Source: Paraspadella gotoi (lineage: Eukaryota; Animalia; Chaetognatha). From it: DNA of 55,869 bases. The position numbers were made by a program, and so were the translations under genes. The DNA is taken from assembly GCA_051294375.1 (NCBI GenBank), contig CM119268.1, positions 22,268,982 to 22,324,850 of the forward strand, in the 5' to 3' direction. How positions within the stretch are numbered: position 1 is the first letter of the stretch; each line of letters opens with the position of its first letter. Under the pieces are notes generated by a model. The model was not told where the DNA came from, ran no database searches, and saw only the letters and a program-made list of their open reading frames with translations. Positions 38,372 through 52,500 of the stretch are shown here, in pieces.

Positions 38372-38502
38372 TCTGTGAGAGTGTCTTGATTGAAAGATTG
38401 CCGAGTGATGGAGACCTTAAACCACCAGAGTCTGTCCAGAGTCTCGGGCAAGAGAGTTTATTCATTGAATGAATGGATAATTTCATATTGATTGTAACAA
38501 TC
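38372..38502 (+). mobile_element. Truncated, internally deleted copy of the dispersed element
   Basis: GTCTTGATTGAAAG...GAGTGATGGAGACCTTAAACCACCAGAGTCTGTCCAGAGTC...ATTGATTGTAACAAT. Confidence 0.75.
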
Positions 38503-38773
38503 TCATCGAGTTTGTTCTTAAATTCAACTCTTTTATGGTAAAGAGAGACGGAAAAGGTTATGCTTTCAGATTTAAATGGTTTCTCAGTTTTAAATGGATT
38601 CTAAAAAGTTTCCATTTCATTTTTTATTCTTTTGTAAAAAAAAAAGAAAGAATGAATTCGGAAAGAATAAAAGTCGAGAAATTAAAAAATTTCTATTCTC
38701 GTCATAACGCGAAGGCTCGGAGGGGTTAAGACGATGCGGGAGAAGCAAGGGAGGGAGAGAAGGAAGGGAGAGG

Positions 38774-38842
<69 letters not shown>

Positions 38843-39322
38843 AGAGAGAGAGAGAGGGGGAGAGGGGAGAGGAGAAAAGGAAGATTGGAGGGAGAAAAGA
38901 GAGATAGAGAGAGAGGGGGAGAGAGAGAGAGATGGGAAGAGAGGGGGAGAGACAGAAAACGTCAGAGAGATACAGAGAAAAAGAGAGAGAGAGCCTTTCT
39001 TGACAATGTTCATGGGAGAGAAAGAGAGAGATATATAGATTTTTTTTCTTGACATTTTTTCGCATTAGACGTCAGCGCGATACAAAGTCTGAAGCCAGTG
39101 ATAATAAACGTGAAATCCAACCGAAGTCACTTTGTGAATGAAAGGGTCAATGTGAAAAATGGTGGGAAAAATCAAAAAATGTTGTCACAATATAAAATAT
39201 TTATTATTATTATTTTTTTTTATTTCTACTCTGGATCAGCCTTTGCCAACGCTGCTTAAATCTTTATGGAAGAAGGAAGCAGATAAGACTCGAGGGATTC
39301 AGAGTTACAGATGGAAAGAGAT

Positions 39323-39401
<79 letters not shown>

Positions 39402-42400
39402 TTCCTTCCCAATTTCTTCCTTCCTTTTCCTTACTTTTCACCTTTGACCTTTTTCCCTTTTCTCCCTTTTCTCCTTTTTTTCCCCTTTTTTTGTAAGAGA
39501 AGCCGACAAATATTTATTGGTTCGGTCAACTTTCTCCCTCTCCTCTGCGACGAACCGACGGACAGACGGACGGACAGACCGACGGACCGACGGACCGACC
39601 GACGGACCGACCGACGNNNNNNNNNNNNNNNNNNNNNNNNNNNNNNNNNNNNNNNNNNNNNNNNNNNNNNNNNNNNNNNNNNNNNNNNNNNNNNNNNNNN
39701 NNNNNNNNNNNNNNNNNNNNNNNNNNNNNNNNNNNNNNNNNNNNNNNNNNNNNNNNNNNNNNNNNNNNNNNNNNNNNNNNNNNNNNNNNNNNNNNNNNNN
39801 NNNNNNNNNNNNNNNNNNNNNNACCGCCAATATCACGTAATGTAATTCAGTATCTTGTCCACGAGTCAAAAGCGAATCACCAAGCAAAGCTTGTTTCGCC
39901 TTAAGCTACTAACCAAGCATCGTTGGCGAAGAGAAAGAGTTCAATGTGATTTCTTCATAACAAAGAGACGACGACGACGAAAACAACGACGACGACGACG
40001 AAAACAACGACGAAGATGACGACGACGAAGAAGGGGCCTCAATAATGACAAAAACAGCGAATATGATGACGACAACAACGACGACAACGATAAGTCTTTC
40101 TTTTCTCCGGGAGGTAATGAGAGCACGATTATGGTTAAGACATAGGAAGGCAGATAATTTTATACTGCGAGATTATACAGAAGTATTCTCTCAGATGGAA
40201 TTGAGTAAAGATGGATCTATGAGTACACAAAGGTAATCCTTTCTTCTCACATAATTCTTCAAAAAATAAGTGAGAAATCGAATTTCGGAAGTCATTTAAA
40301 TTGAATGTATCCTGCAATCAGAAATATATTTCATAAAAAATCCTTCTTCATCGCAATTCGTCATAAATAGAGTATCATAAAATGGTAAGTAACTTATCTT
40401 TGGCATTTGTTATATCTCCTCAGAAAATAACATTTAATTCCTCACAAAGTTCCGGGTCGCCAATATAGTAAATCTAGTCATACTCGACAGATAACCGCAT
40501 TGGGACACGTCTCTCGTCTCTCTCTCATTTTATACTATCACCAAAAATTTTTACCTTCCCTTTTCCTTAGCTGTTCACCATTGACGCGCATCTGTATTGC
40601 TCGGTCCCTTTTACTTCTCCCTTTCTAGAAGAGTTTCTCACTTTAAATTATCGCCCTGATTGAATTTTTTTGGTTAACACCAGTTTTTTTATATTTGTCA
40701 CCAGAGTATTAATAGACTTATCACTTGGGTTCGCGTCGAATACCAAAAAATATTATTCAACTTTCTCCCTCTCCGCCATTCTCTTGCGGACGAAAACCGG
40801 ATCGGACAAGGACGGGACGGAAAGAACGTTTTGACGGACCGACGGACCTGGACCGAACCACGGAACCAGGAACGAACCGGAACCGACGGACCATGACCTA
40901 GACGGACAGAAACCGTTTACGGACATTGAATTTTGCGCTGACGGACCCGATTTGTGACATGACTTTAATGCGACTGGAACAGACCCGACTCTGGACCTGT
41001 GACGACAGAAAGACGGACCCACCAGACTGCCATAGTTTTTCAACTTCCTGAATTCTTTATCCTCAATTCGATTTATTTATTTTTTTTTTTTCTTTTTTTT
41101 TATTATTCATAATCGTCTCTTTAGAATTTTAATTAGTTCGTGTGAAGACACTTAGTGGTATCTCATCATTACATCCTCTCTTCATCTCTACTCTACATCT
41201 CTAATCTCAGGGAAGATTTCAGTTTCTTCTCGCACTAAATAGTCTCTACTCACATACAACTCATCATCTTTCCTTCGATTCATTTTATCAAAAGTCTCAC
41301 TCTTCAATATCTCTCTCGTCTCTCTCTCTTCATCGTGTTTACCGATTCAAATTCTAAAACATATATATAATACAAGTAGGTTATAAAAGAATACCAACCA
41401 GGCCAATATCACGTTAAATGTAATTCGTATCCTTGTCCACGGATCAAAAGCGGAATCACAACCATAGCAAAGCTTGTTTCGCCTAAGCTACTAACACCAA
41501 AGCATGGTTGCGAAGAAGAAAGACGTTCAATGAGGAATGTTTCATAGCCTATAACAAAGAGACACGAGACGAAAACAAACCAACGACGACGACGAAAACC
41601 AAGCGAACAAAGAATCAACGACGAACAGAAAGAAAGGGGCCTCAATAATGACAAAAACAGCAGTAATATTGAAATGACGACAAGTACACGACGACACGAT
41701 TCAAGTCCTTTCTTTCATTTGCTCCGCCTCAAGATTCGAGGTCGTCACGTCGTCGCTCGGTCGTCGTCGATCGCATAGTCATCGTTCACGTGAGGGCGTC
41801 GTCGTCGCGTTCTTTCGTCTTTGGTAGTCTGTGGCGGCGGGCGGCGACTTGGTTTATTCCCCGTCGTTAAATCTGGATATTCCGTTCGCAGGTAAATGAC
41901 GCCATCTTTGAGGCCATAGAGATGGAGAGAGAGGAGAGAGAGAGGAGAGAGAGAAGAGAGAGCAGAGAGAGAGCTGTGATCCTTCNNNNNNNNNNNNNNN
42001 NNNNNNNNNNTTGAGGTTATAGAGTTTACGCGGTTGAAGATAGATGTAGTGAGAGATTAGGTTAGAGATAAAGAGAGAGGATAGAGATACTATCAAGATA
42101 GAGATAGAAAAGGGATAGAGAGGGTAGATACAGGATAGAGATGATGTTAATATACAGATCCGAGCAGCGATGGAATAAAGACGGAAAGACGAATAAAAGC
42201 AAATTGTTATAAGTAACGAAAAGTCGGAATTCTCGTAGTTGAATGTCTGAAAAAACTTTAAACTTGAATTTGGTTTTAATTCGTAAAAACAATTTTCTTT
42301 TCTTTTTTCCTCAAAAATATTTTCCTATTTTTCTTTTTTTCCTTTTTTTCCTTTTTTCCCTTTTTTTTTTCCTTTTTTTCCTTTTTCGCTTTTCGCTTCC

Positions 42401-42447
42401 AACTTGGGAAATGGAAAGAGAAGCCGAAAATTCGCCGACAAGAATCT

Positions 42448-42865
42448 CAAATGGCATCTTCGATGGCAACCAAGATAGCATCTTCAATGGCAGTTCAGAT
42501 GGCATCTTAAACGGCAACTAAGATGGTATCTTTGACGGCAACTAAGTTGGCATCTTCGATGGCAACGAAGATAGCATCTTCATTCTTCAATGGCAGTTCA
42601 GATGGCATCTTAAACGGCAACTAAGATGGCATCTTTGACGGCAACTTAGATGGCATCTTCGATGGCAACGAAGATAGAATCTTCAATGACCTCTTATACG
42701 GCAACTAAGATGGTATCTTTGATGGCAACTAAGTTAGCATCTTCGATGGCAACTAAGATGGCATCTTTGACGGCAACTTAGATGGCACCTTCGATGGCAA
42801 CGAAGATAGCATCTTCAATGACATCTTAAACGGCAACTAAGATGGTATCATCGGTGGCATCTTCG
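42448..42865. repeat. 24-bp minisatellite GATGGCATCTTYGAYGGCAACTAA (mirror copy ~50590-51012)
   Basis: About 17 degenerate units, each made of two related 12-mers. Confidence 0.9.
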
Positions 42866-43439
42866 GTTACGACCTCAGATCGAGTAGAGTTTTCGACCAA
42901 GGAAACGACCATCACGTGATCAGTAATTGTCGCTGGATTGGACAACAACAACGACAACAACAAAAACAACAACAACAATAATCAAAACAATAAAACTGCC
43001 TAAGGTTGTTGAAAGAAAATTACAATCTCTTACATCTCTGTTTCCACTCTCTCTCTATACGAGTTTTTCGTCTGTCCCCCTCCTCTCTCTCCTTTCTATC
43101 TTTCTTCTGTCTTTCCTCTCTCTTTCTCTATCTTTTTTTTCTCTCGTCTCTCCTCTCTCTCTCTCTCTCTCTCGCTCTTCATCTCTTTTTCTCCTCTCTT
43201 CCTTCTCCTTTCCTCCTCCTCCTCTTTCTCCTCTCCACTCTTCTCTCCTCTCTCCTCTCCTGCCTCTCTATCTTCTCTCTCATCTCTCTCTCTCTCTCTC
43301 TCTTCCCTCCTCTCCTCTTCCCTCCCACTCTCCTCTCTCTCTCTCTTCTCTCCATTCCATGATCTTTCATCCTCATTTTTTGTGTTTCATTGCTAAATCG
43401 ATAACAAGATTTCATCGTTTTTCTCAGACGGCGTTTGAA

Positions 43440-43825
43440 GGCATTGAGGGTCTTGGCTGCATTCGATGGTCCTTGCTGCATCGAGGGTCTTGTTGCATCA
43501 AAGGGTCTTGCTACACTATGACGTCTTGCTGCATTGACCGTTTGGCTTATTTGATGGCCTTGCTTTAATAGGGTCTTACAGCAGCGGGCGATGATGCATA
43601 AGCGATCTTGATGGCTCGAGGTCTTGCTGTATCGATGGTCTTGCTAAATGACGGTCTTGCAGCATTGATTGCTCTTGCCTACATTTGACGGTCTTGTTTC
43701 ATTGAAGAATCTTGCTGCATCGATGATCTTGCTTCATTGATGGTCTTGCTTTATTGATGGTCAATGATGAATTAGCGGCTCCTGACTGCAATGACGGTCT
43801 TGCTTGCAGGTCTCGCTGCATCGAA
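43440..43825. repeat. ~17-bp minisatellite TGGTCTTGCTGCATYGA (mirror copy ~49630-50015)
   Basis: The GTCTTGC core recurs at ~17-bp spacing. Confidence 0.85.
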
Positions 43826-43926
43826 CCTCTTTTGGAAGTTTAAACAACGAGAAACTACTAGTATTTAACAAATCTCTGATTACAACTAAATTATGTAAGA
43901 TAAACTTGAAGTAGAAAATTAATAGA

Positions 43927-43957
<31 letters not shown>

Positions 43958-43960
43958 GAG

Positions 43961-44010
<50 letters not shown>

Positions 44011-46428
44011 GACGAAGAGAGAGCCGAGAGAGAGATCGTCATTTCGTAATCATCGTCAACAGAATTAAAGCGCCGACCAGAATTTGTCGCTCTCAATAGG
44101 TATTTTCGGGATCAATCACCTCCAAAAATGATTCAAATGGGGTGGGCGGGGAAAATGATCTCCGGTTATAGAATTGAATTTAAGATACTGACATAACAAT
44201 TGAGGTCCAAATGATCCTGGAACATGAAATCAGAATAGGAAAAGAAAAGACGCGACATAACGATAAATACTCGAATTGCAGATAATATCACTTGTGCAAA
44301 CGTGCAACAAAATGATTTTGGGAATGACCGCCATTGAGTATTTAGTTTAGTGAAGTATTCTAATTTGGTTTAATCAATCGTTTTCATAAATCCTATTTTG
44401 GCTCATAATTCCTGTCTCAACTGATGCTTCAATGCATATTAAACGATTTGTTTATCTTTTGGTTTTCGTTTGGTTTACGTCATCCTTTGTTTGGTTTGAA
44501 AAGACATTTCCGTGTCGTTGTGGTCGTCGCGGAGAAGTCGATGTGCGGGGAATTCTTTGTGCGGGAATTCTTTTTTTTAAAAAAAAAGAGAAATTGTCAG
44601 GAAGTCGGGCGAAACCGGTGCTTAAGATGAGTGAGGAAGAGAGATGGAGAGAGAAGATGAGAGAGAGAGATGATGGGAGGATGATGAGAGAGAGAGAGGA
44701 GAGAGAGAAAGAGAGAGAGATGAGAGTATCTGGTGGGTCTGAAAACGGGAGAACACCGAAAGAGCCTCGTTTGAAATCATGAATACGAAAGGAAGGCGAA
44801 AAATATGAGTGGTGGAGTAAGGAAAGAGAGAAGGGTAGATAAGAAAAGGACGAGAAGGGTAGGAAAGGAAAGGAAACAGGAAGAAAGAAGTGGAGGAAGG
44901 AAAGTGAGAGAAATGTGAGCTGGAGAATAGAAAAATTTTAAAAGAAAAGAGCTATTTATAAAATATGAGGTAAGCAATGTTGCACATAAGTAAAGAAAGT
45001 TAGAATAGAAGAGATAATTTAGATGAAATATAAAAAAAATAAGCAAAAAAAGAAAAATAATATTAAATGTGAGAATGATTTTAATTTCTCGACTTCGAGG
45101 ACTTGGTTTATGATTCAAACTGGTGGAGGAATCCCGACTTTCTGATTCTTGTATGTTACTAGAGACTGCATCTCAAAGGATCAAGAACGATGTCGCCTTT
45201 TGGATGGCGAAAAACAATGTGGCATCCGGGGATTTCAGAGTCCGGCGATCGCGAAATACGGGCAATCATCATGCGGGAAGCAAAATCCAGGGATCAACGT
45301 TCGGAGGATTTTTTTTCTTCTTTAATCTTCGATTTTTCTCTAGAAGAAATTAAAAAGATTCACGATTTGACGGCGAAAAAAGTGGAGAAATGGCTGGAGA
45401 ATGGAGAATGCGAGAACGGCGAAAATACAGATTTGGAGAATTTTGTTAGGATTATGCAAACTGGGGAGAATGAAGAAGTGAAAATTGAGAACAAAATAGA
45501 AGAATGAAAATTGACGAGAATGATGAATGGGAATATTGAGAAAGAGATTTGGAAGAATGAAGAAGGGGAAGGTAAGGGAGGAAGTGGAAAATGAAGAGAA
45601 ACGAAGATATAGAATAGGAGTAATGGCGGAGAATGCGAAAAGGGGAGAATGGATAAACTGGAGGGGAGGAGTGGACAAATGGAGAACGGAGGATATAGAA
45701 TAGTGTGAGAATGGGAGAATTGAAACGACCCATATCAACAAAATGGTTGAAACGATGTTGTTTGTAAGAATAAAGAATTGACAAGAAATATACGAAATCA
45801 TGAAATTACGAAAATAGCCGAAAAAAACTTGGGACAAAAAGTGGGGAAAATGACAGACCACCCTCGAAAGGTCTTTAAGGAAATCGGAAAATCATTCGCA
45901 GAGAAAAAGAGGAACAAATTCTGGGAACCAAGCATGCAGATCACGTCCTAGGGAGGGAGAGAGCACGAGCGACGAGAGACGAAGAGAGAGAGAGAGAGGG
46001 AGGATTGACGGATGACTGACGGTAGGGATACGAGAGAGATAGAGAGAGAGAGACGAGATTCGAGAAGAGAGAGAGAGCAGAGAAATGGATGGGGAGAACC
46101 AATTAGACTTTGGTCTTTCTTATCCTCAGATGCAAATTGTACGAGTTTCTCAGTCAAGGCAATATTACAACTGACTCGAAATAATAATAAGTTTTGTTAA
46201 TATGTATATTTCAACCTATTAAAATTCCGAATGCATTACTCCTTCTTTAATACTTATAAAAAATTAAGACAGAGTTGGAGGATGGGGGAAAGGAAAAATG
46301 GTCCTTAATCATTTTGATATAATACAAAAAACGTTCAGTCCGGTCGGCTAGATATTTCCGGATTGTGTCTTTTTCCATATTCAGCCTCTGTGCCAGAAAA
46401 AAACAGTTCAAAGGGCTTTTTTACTGTG

Positions 46429-46505
<77 letters not shown>

Positions 46506-46746
46506 TTCTCTCCCNNNNNNNNNNNNNNNNNNNNNNNNNATCTAAGATTTTGACTACGATTCTAAAAATACCGGTGCAGCATAAAAGCAATACGCATTAT
46601 AAATACGAATTTGCTACCAGTAGACGATTTGTTACATTTTTCCGTCTCTTTCGCTCAACTTGAAGTTTAACAACGAGAAACTACTAGTTTACAATTCTGA
46701 TTACAACTAAATTATGTAAAGAGTAAACTTGAAGTAGAAATTAATA

Positions 46747-46803
<57 letters not shown>

Positions 46804-47077
46804 GAAGAAAATTCGAAATTTAAAAAGGACCCACTAGCACTGAATTAGTGTCCTAAAAGTCGTTTTCTTTTTAGGAGACCAATTAGCTAAGTTCATTCGT
46901 TCATTAGTAATTTGAAAAAAAGTGAAATAAAAGGAAATCAAAAATAAAAGAAAAAGTAAAACTGAAAAAAATATACGAAAAAAAAAGGATCAAAGAAAAG
47001 AGAAAAAGGAAAAAGAAAAAGGAAAGAGAAAGAGAAAAAAGAAAGAGAAAAAGGAAATAAAAAATAAAAAAGAAAGA

Positions 47078-47289
47078 GAAAAAGGAAATAGAAAAAGGAA
47101 ATAGAAAAAGGAAATAGAAAAAGGAAATAGAAAAAGGAAATAGAAAAAGGAAATAGAAAAAGGAAATAGAAAAGGATATAGAAAAAGAAAAGAGAAAAAT
47201 AAAAAATAAAGAGAAAATGGAAATAGAAAAAGGAAATAGAAAAAGGAAATAGAAAAAGGAAATAGAAAAAGGAAATAGAAAAAGGAAAG
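47078..47289. repeat. 13-bp tandem repeat GAAAAAGGAAATA in the spacer of the inverted duplication
   Basis: Two runs of perfect units. Confidence 0.9.
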
Positions 47290-47414
47290 CGACGACGATG
47301 CGTCTTCATGTGGGGGTCATGTGACCTTCGTCACGTGGGAATCCGTCATCTGCGATAAAAGACGGTAGAGAGAGAGAGGAGAGAGAGAGAGAGAGGAGAT
47401 GGAGGAAGAAATGA

Positions 47415-47419
<5 letters not shown>

Positions 47420-47456
<37 letters not shown>

Positions 47457-47837
47457 AGAGGCAGAGAGAGAGAGAGAGAGAGAGAGAACCACGGTAGAAA
47501 AATGCCCTTGACTGTTTTTTCTGGCAACAGAGGCTGAATATGGAAAAAGAAAACACATCCGCGGAAATATCTAAGCGACCGCACTGAACGTTTTTTGTAG
47601 TTATTATCAAATGATTATAGGACCATTTTTCCTTTCCCATCACTCCAACTTCTGTTACTTTTATGATTAAAAAGGAGTATGCATTCGGAATTTAAATTTA
47701 AAAATAATAAATTTAAGAAAACTTATTATTATTTTCGAGTCAGTTGTAGATATTTGGCCTTGACTGAGAAACTTCGATACAATTTGCATCTGAGGATAAG
47801 AAAGACCAAAGTCTATTGGTTTCCATCCAATTTCTCT

Positions 47838-47899
<62 letters not shown>

Positions 47900-49446
47900 C
47901 TAACGATGTCTCATCTTGGTTCCAGAAGATTTGTTCCTCTTTTCTGGCGAATGATTTTTCGATTCCTTAAGACTTCGAGTTCTTCATTTTCCCCATTTTT
48001 AGTCATATTTTTTTCCTATTTTGTATTTCATATTTCGTATATTTCTTTCAATTCTTTATTCTTACAACATCGTTTCACATTTTGTTGATTGGGTCGATTT
48101 CATTCTCCCATTCTCCTATTCTATATCCTTCCGTTCTCTCATTTTCCACTCCTCCCCTTCCCAGTTATCCATTCTACCCTTTTCCATTCTCCCATTCTCC
48201 TATTCTATATCCTTCCGTTCTCTCATTTTCCACTCCTCCCCTTACCTTCCCTTCTTCATTCTCCCAATCTCTTTTCTCAAATATTCCATTCATCATTCTC
48301 TCATTTTCATTCTTCTATTTTATTCTCCAATTTTCACTTCTTCATTCTCCCAGTTTGCATAATCCTAAACCAAATTCTCCAAATCTGTATTTCGCCGTTC
48401 TCCATTCTCCCATTCTCCCATTCTCCACTTTTTCCCGTCAAATCGTGAATCTTTTTATTTCTTCTAAGAAAAAACCGAAGATTAAAAGAAGAAAAAAATC
48501 CCCGAACGTTGATCCCTGGATTTTGCTTCCCGCATGATGATTGCCCGTATTTCGCGATCCCCGGATTCTGATCCCCGGATGCAATTGTTTCGCCATCAAA
48601 AGGCGCCATCGTTCTTGATCCTTTGAGATGCAGTCACTAGTCACTACATCAGAAAGTCGGGATTCTCCATCAGTTTGAATCATAAAACCAAGTCTCGAAG
48701 TCGAAATTAAAATCATTCTCACATTTAATATTATTTTTCTTTTCTTTCTTATTTTTTTTATATTTTCCTCTTAAATTATCTCTTCTCATTCTTAACTTTC
48801 TTTACTTATGTGCACATTGCTTACCTCTAATTTTCTAAATAGCTCTTTTCTTTCTAAATTTTCTATTCTCCATTTCCTCTCCTTTCCTTTCCTCCCTTCT
48901 TTTCTTCCTTGTTTCCTTTCCTTTCCTCCCTTCTCTCCTTTCCTTTCCTCCCTTCTCTCTTTTCCTTCTCCCACTCATATTTTTCCCAGCACATCGACTT
49001 CTCCGACGACAACAACGAAATTTCTTTTCAAAACAAACAAAGGATGACGTAAACAAACGGAAACAAAAGATAAACAAATCGTTTAAATATGCATTGAAAG
49101 CATCAGTTGAAGATTATGAGCCAAAATAGGATTTATGAAAACGATTGATTAACCAAATTAATGAATACTTACTAACTAAATACTCAATGCGGTCATTCCA
49201 AATCATTTTGTTGCACGTTTGCCAAGTGATATTAATCTGCCAATTTAGATATTTATCGTTATGTCGCGTCTTTTCTTTTCCTAATTCTGATCATTCAGGA
49301 TCATTTGGACTCAATTTATGTCAGTTTAATTCATTCTACGTCATTTTCCACCATTTTGAATCATTTTTGGAGGTGATGATCCGAAAATCCTTTGAGAGCC
49401 GAAAATTCTGGTCGACGTTTAATCTGTTGACGATGATTACGAAATG

Positions 49447-49495
<49 letters not shown>

Positions 49496-49498
49496 CTC

Positions 49499-49529
<31 letters not shown>

Positions 49530-52500
49530 TCTATTAATTTTCTACTTCAAGTTTATCTTACATAATTTAGTTGTAATCAGAGATTTGTTAAATACTAGTA
49601 GTTTCTCGTTGTTTAAACTTCCAAAAGAGGTTCGATGCAGCGAGACCTGCAAGCAAGACCGTCATTGCAGTCAGGAGCCGCTAATTCATCATTGACCATC
49701 AATAAAGCAAGACCATCAATGAAGCAAGATCATCGATGCAGCAAGATTCTTCAATGAAACAAGACCGTCAAATGTAGGCAAGAGCAATCAATGCTGCAAG
49801 ACCGTCATTTAGCAAGACCATCGATACAGCAAGACCTCGAGCCATCAAGATCGCTTATGCATCATCGCCCGCTGCTGTAAGACCCTATTAAAGCAAGGCC
49901 ATCAAATAAGCCAAACGGTCAATGCAGCAAGACGTCATAGTGTAGCAAGACCCTTTGATGCAACAAGACCCTCGATGCAGCAAGGACCATCGAATGCAGC
50001 CAAGACCCTCAATGCCTTCAAACGCCGTCTGAGAAAAACGATGAAATCTTGTTATCGATTTAGCAATGAAACACAAAAAATGAGGATGAAAGATCATGGA
50101 ATGGAGAGAAGAGAGAGAGAGAGGAGAGTGGGAGGGAAGAGGAGAGGAGGGAAGAGAGAGAGAGAGAGAGAGATGAGAGAGAAGATAGAGAGGCAGGAGA
50201 GGAGAGAGGAGAGAAGAGTGGAGAGGAGAAAGAGGAGGAGGAGGAAAGGAGAAGGAAGAGAGGAGAAAAAGAGATGAAGAGCGAGAGAGAGAGAGAGAGA
50301 GAGGAGAGACGAGAGAAAAAAAAGATAGAGAAAGAGAGAGGAAAGACAGAAGAAAGATAGAAAGGAGAGAGAGAGGGGACAGACGAAAAACTCGTATTAG
50401 AGAGAGAGTGAAACAGAGATGTTAAGAGATTTTAAATTTTCTTCACAACCTTAGCAGTTTTAATGTTTGATTATTGTTGTTGTTGTTTTTGTTGTTGTCG
50501 TTGTTGGTTTGTCCATCCCAGCGACAATTCTGATCACGTGATGGTCGTTTCTTGGTCGAGAAACGTCTTACTCGATCTGAGGTCGTAACCGAAGATGCCA
50601 CCGATGAACCATCTTAGTTGCCGTTTAAGATTGTCATTGAAGATGCTATCTTCGTTTCCATCGAAAGTGCCATCTAAGTTGCCGTCAAGATGCCATCTTA
50701 GTTGCCATCGAAGATGGCTAACTTAGTGTGCCATCAAAGATACCATCTTAGTTGCCGTATAAGAGGTCAATGAAGATCTATCTTCGTGTGGTCCATCGAA
50801 GATGCCATCTAGTTTGCCGTCAAAGATGCCATCTTAGTTGCGTTTTAGATGCCATCTGAACTGCCATTGAGAATGAAGATGCTATCTTTCGTTCTCATCG
50901 AATGATTGCCAACTTAGTTGCGTCAAAAGATACCATCTTAGTTGCCGTTTTAAGATTGCCATCTGAACTGCCATGAATATGCTATACTTGGTTGCCATCG
51001 AAGATTGCCATTTGAGATCTGTGTCGGCGAATTTTTCGGCTTCTCTTGTCCATTTCCCAAGTTGGAAGCGAAAAGCCGAAAAAGAAAAAAAGGAAAAAAA
51101 AAGGGAAAAAAAGGAAAAAAGGAAAAAAGAATAGGAAATATTTTTGAGGAAAAAAGAAAGAAAATTTTTTACGAATTAAAAACCCATAACTTCAAGTTTA
51201 AGTTTTTTCAGACATTTCAACTACGAAGAATTCGACTTTTCGTTACTTATAACAAAGTTTGCCTTTATTCGTCTTCCGGTCTTTATATGCCATCGCTGCT
51301 CGGCATCTGTTATATTAACCATTATCTTCTATCCTGTATCTACCGCTCTCTATCCCTTTTCTATCTCTATCTTGATAGTACCTCTATCCTCGTCTCTTTA
51401 TCTCTAAACCTAATCTCTCACTACATCTATCTTCAACCCGCGTATAACTCTATAACCTCAAGAAGGATCACAGCTCTCTCTCTGCTCTCTCTTCTCTCTC
51501 TCCTCTCTCTCTCCTCTCTCTCCATCTCTATGGCCTCAAAGATGGCGTCATTTACCTGCGAACGGAATATCCAGATTTAACGACGGGGAATAAACCAAGT
51601 CGCCGCCCGCCGCCACAGACTACCAAAGACGAAAGAACGCGACGACGACGCCCTCACGTGAACGATGACTATGCGATCGACGACGACCGAGCGACGACGT
51701 GACGACCTCGAATCTTGAGGCGGAGCAAATGAAAGAAAGGACTTGAATCGTGTCGTCGTGTACTTGTCGTCATTTCAATATTACTGCTGTTTTTGTCATT
51801 ATTGAGGCCCCTTTCTTTCTGTTCGTCGTTGATTCTTTGTTCGCTTGGTTTTCGTCGTCGTCGTTGGTTTGTTTTCGTCTCGTGTCTCTTTGTTATAGGC
51901 TATGAAACATTCCTCATTGAACGTCTTTCTTCTTCGCAACCATGCTTTGGTGTTAGTAGCTTAGGCGAAACAAGCTTTGCTATGGTTGTGATTCCGCTTT
52001 TGATCCGTGGACAAGGATACGAATTACATTTAACGTGATATTGGCCTGGTTGGTATTCTTTTATAACCTACTTGTATTATATATATGTTTTAGAATTTGA
52101 ATCGGTAAACACGATGAAGAGAGAGAGACGAGAGAGATATTGAAGAGTGAGACTTTTGATAAAATGAATCGAAGGAAAGATGATGAGTTGTATGTGAGTA
52201 GAGACTATTTAGTGCGAGAAGAAACTGAAATCTTCCCTGAGATTAGAGATGTAGAGTAGAGATGAAGAGAGGATGTAATGATGAGATACCACTAAGTGTC
52301 TTCACACGAACTAATTAAAATTCTAAAGAGACGATTATGAATAATAAAAAAAAAGAAAAAAAAAAAATAAATAAATCGAATTGAGGATAAAGAATTCAGG
52401 AAGTTGAAAAACTATGGCAGTCTGGTGGGTCCGTCTTTCTGTCGTCACAGGTCCAGAGTCGGGTCTGTTCCAGTCGCATTAAAGTCATGTCACAAATCGG

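Larger units (their letters stand above)
40109..46514 (+). repeat. Left arm of ~6-kb inverted duplication
   Basis: Mirror ORFs have constant coordinate sums (93447 for the 40.1-41.7 kb block, 93456 for the 43.2-44.0 kb block). Confidence 0.95.

Noticed and set aside
32203-38960. Long low-complexity ORFs (ERER, LSLS, TTTT, DDDD, RGQEDK)
   Set aside because: Translations of micro- and minisatellites, open in several frames and on both strands.
39069-39960. Complex islands at 39069-39145, 39240-39325 and 39825-39960 as exons
   Set aside because: No consistent frame, splice-site pair or recognisable motif.
40753-41043. 96-aa ORF conserved exactly at 52404-52694
   Set aside because: Corrupted (GACC/GACG)n microsatellite; the identity comes from the inverted duplication.
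42448-43825. 24-bp and 17-bp arrays as CRISPR or repeat-protein coding
   Set aside because: Head-to-tail units without unique spacers, in-frame stops, eukaryotic context and no cas genes.
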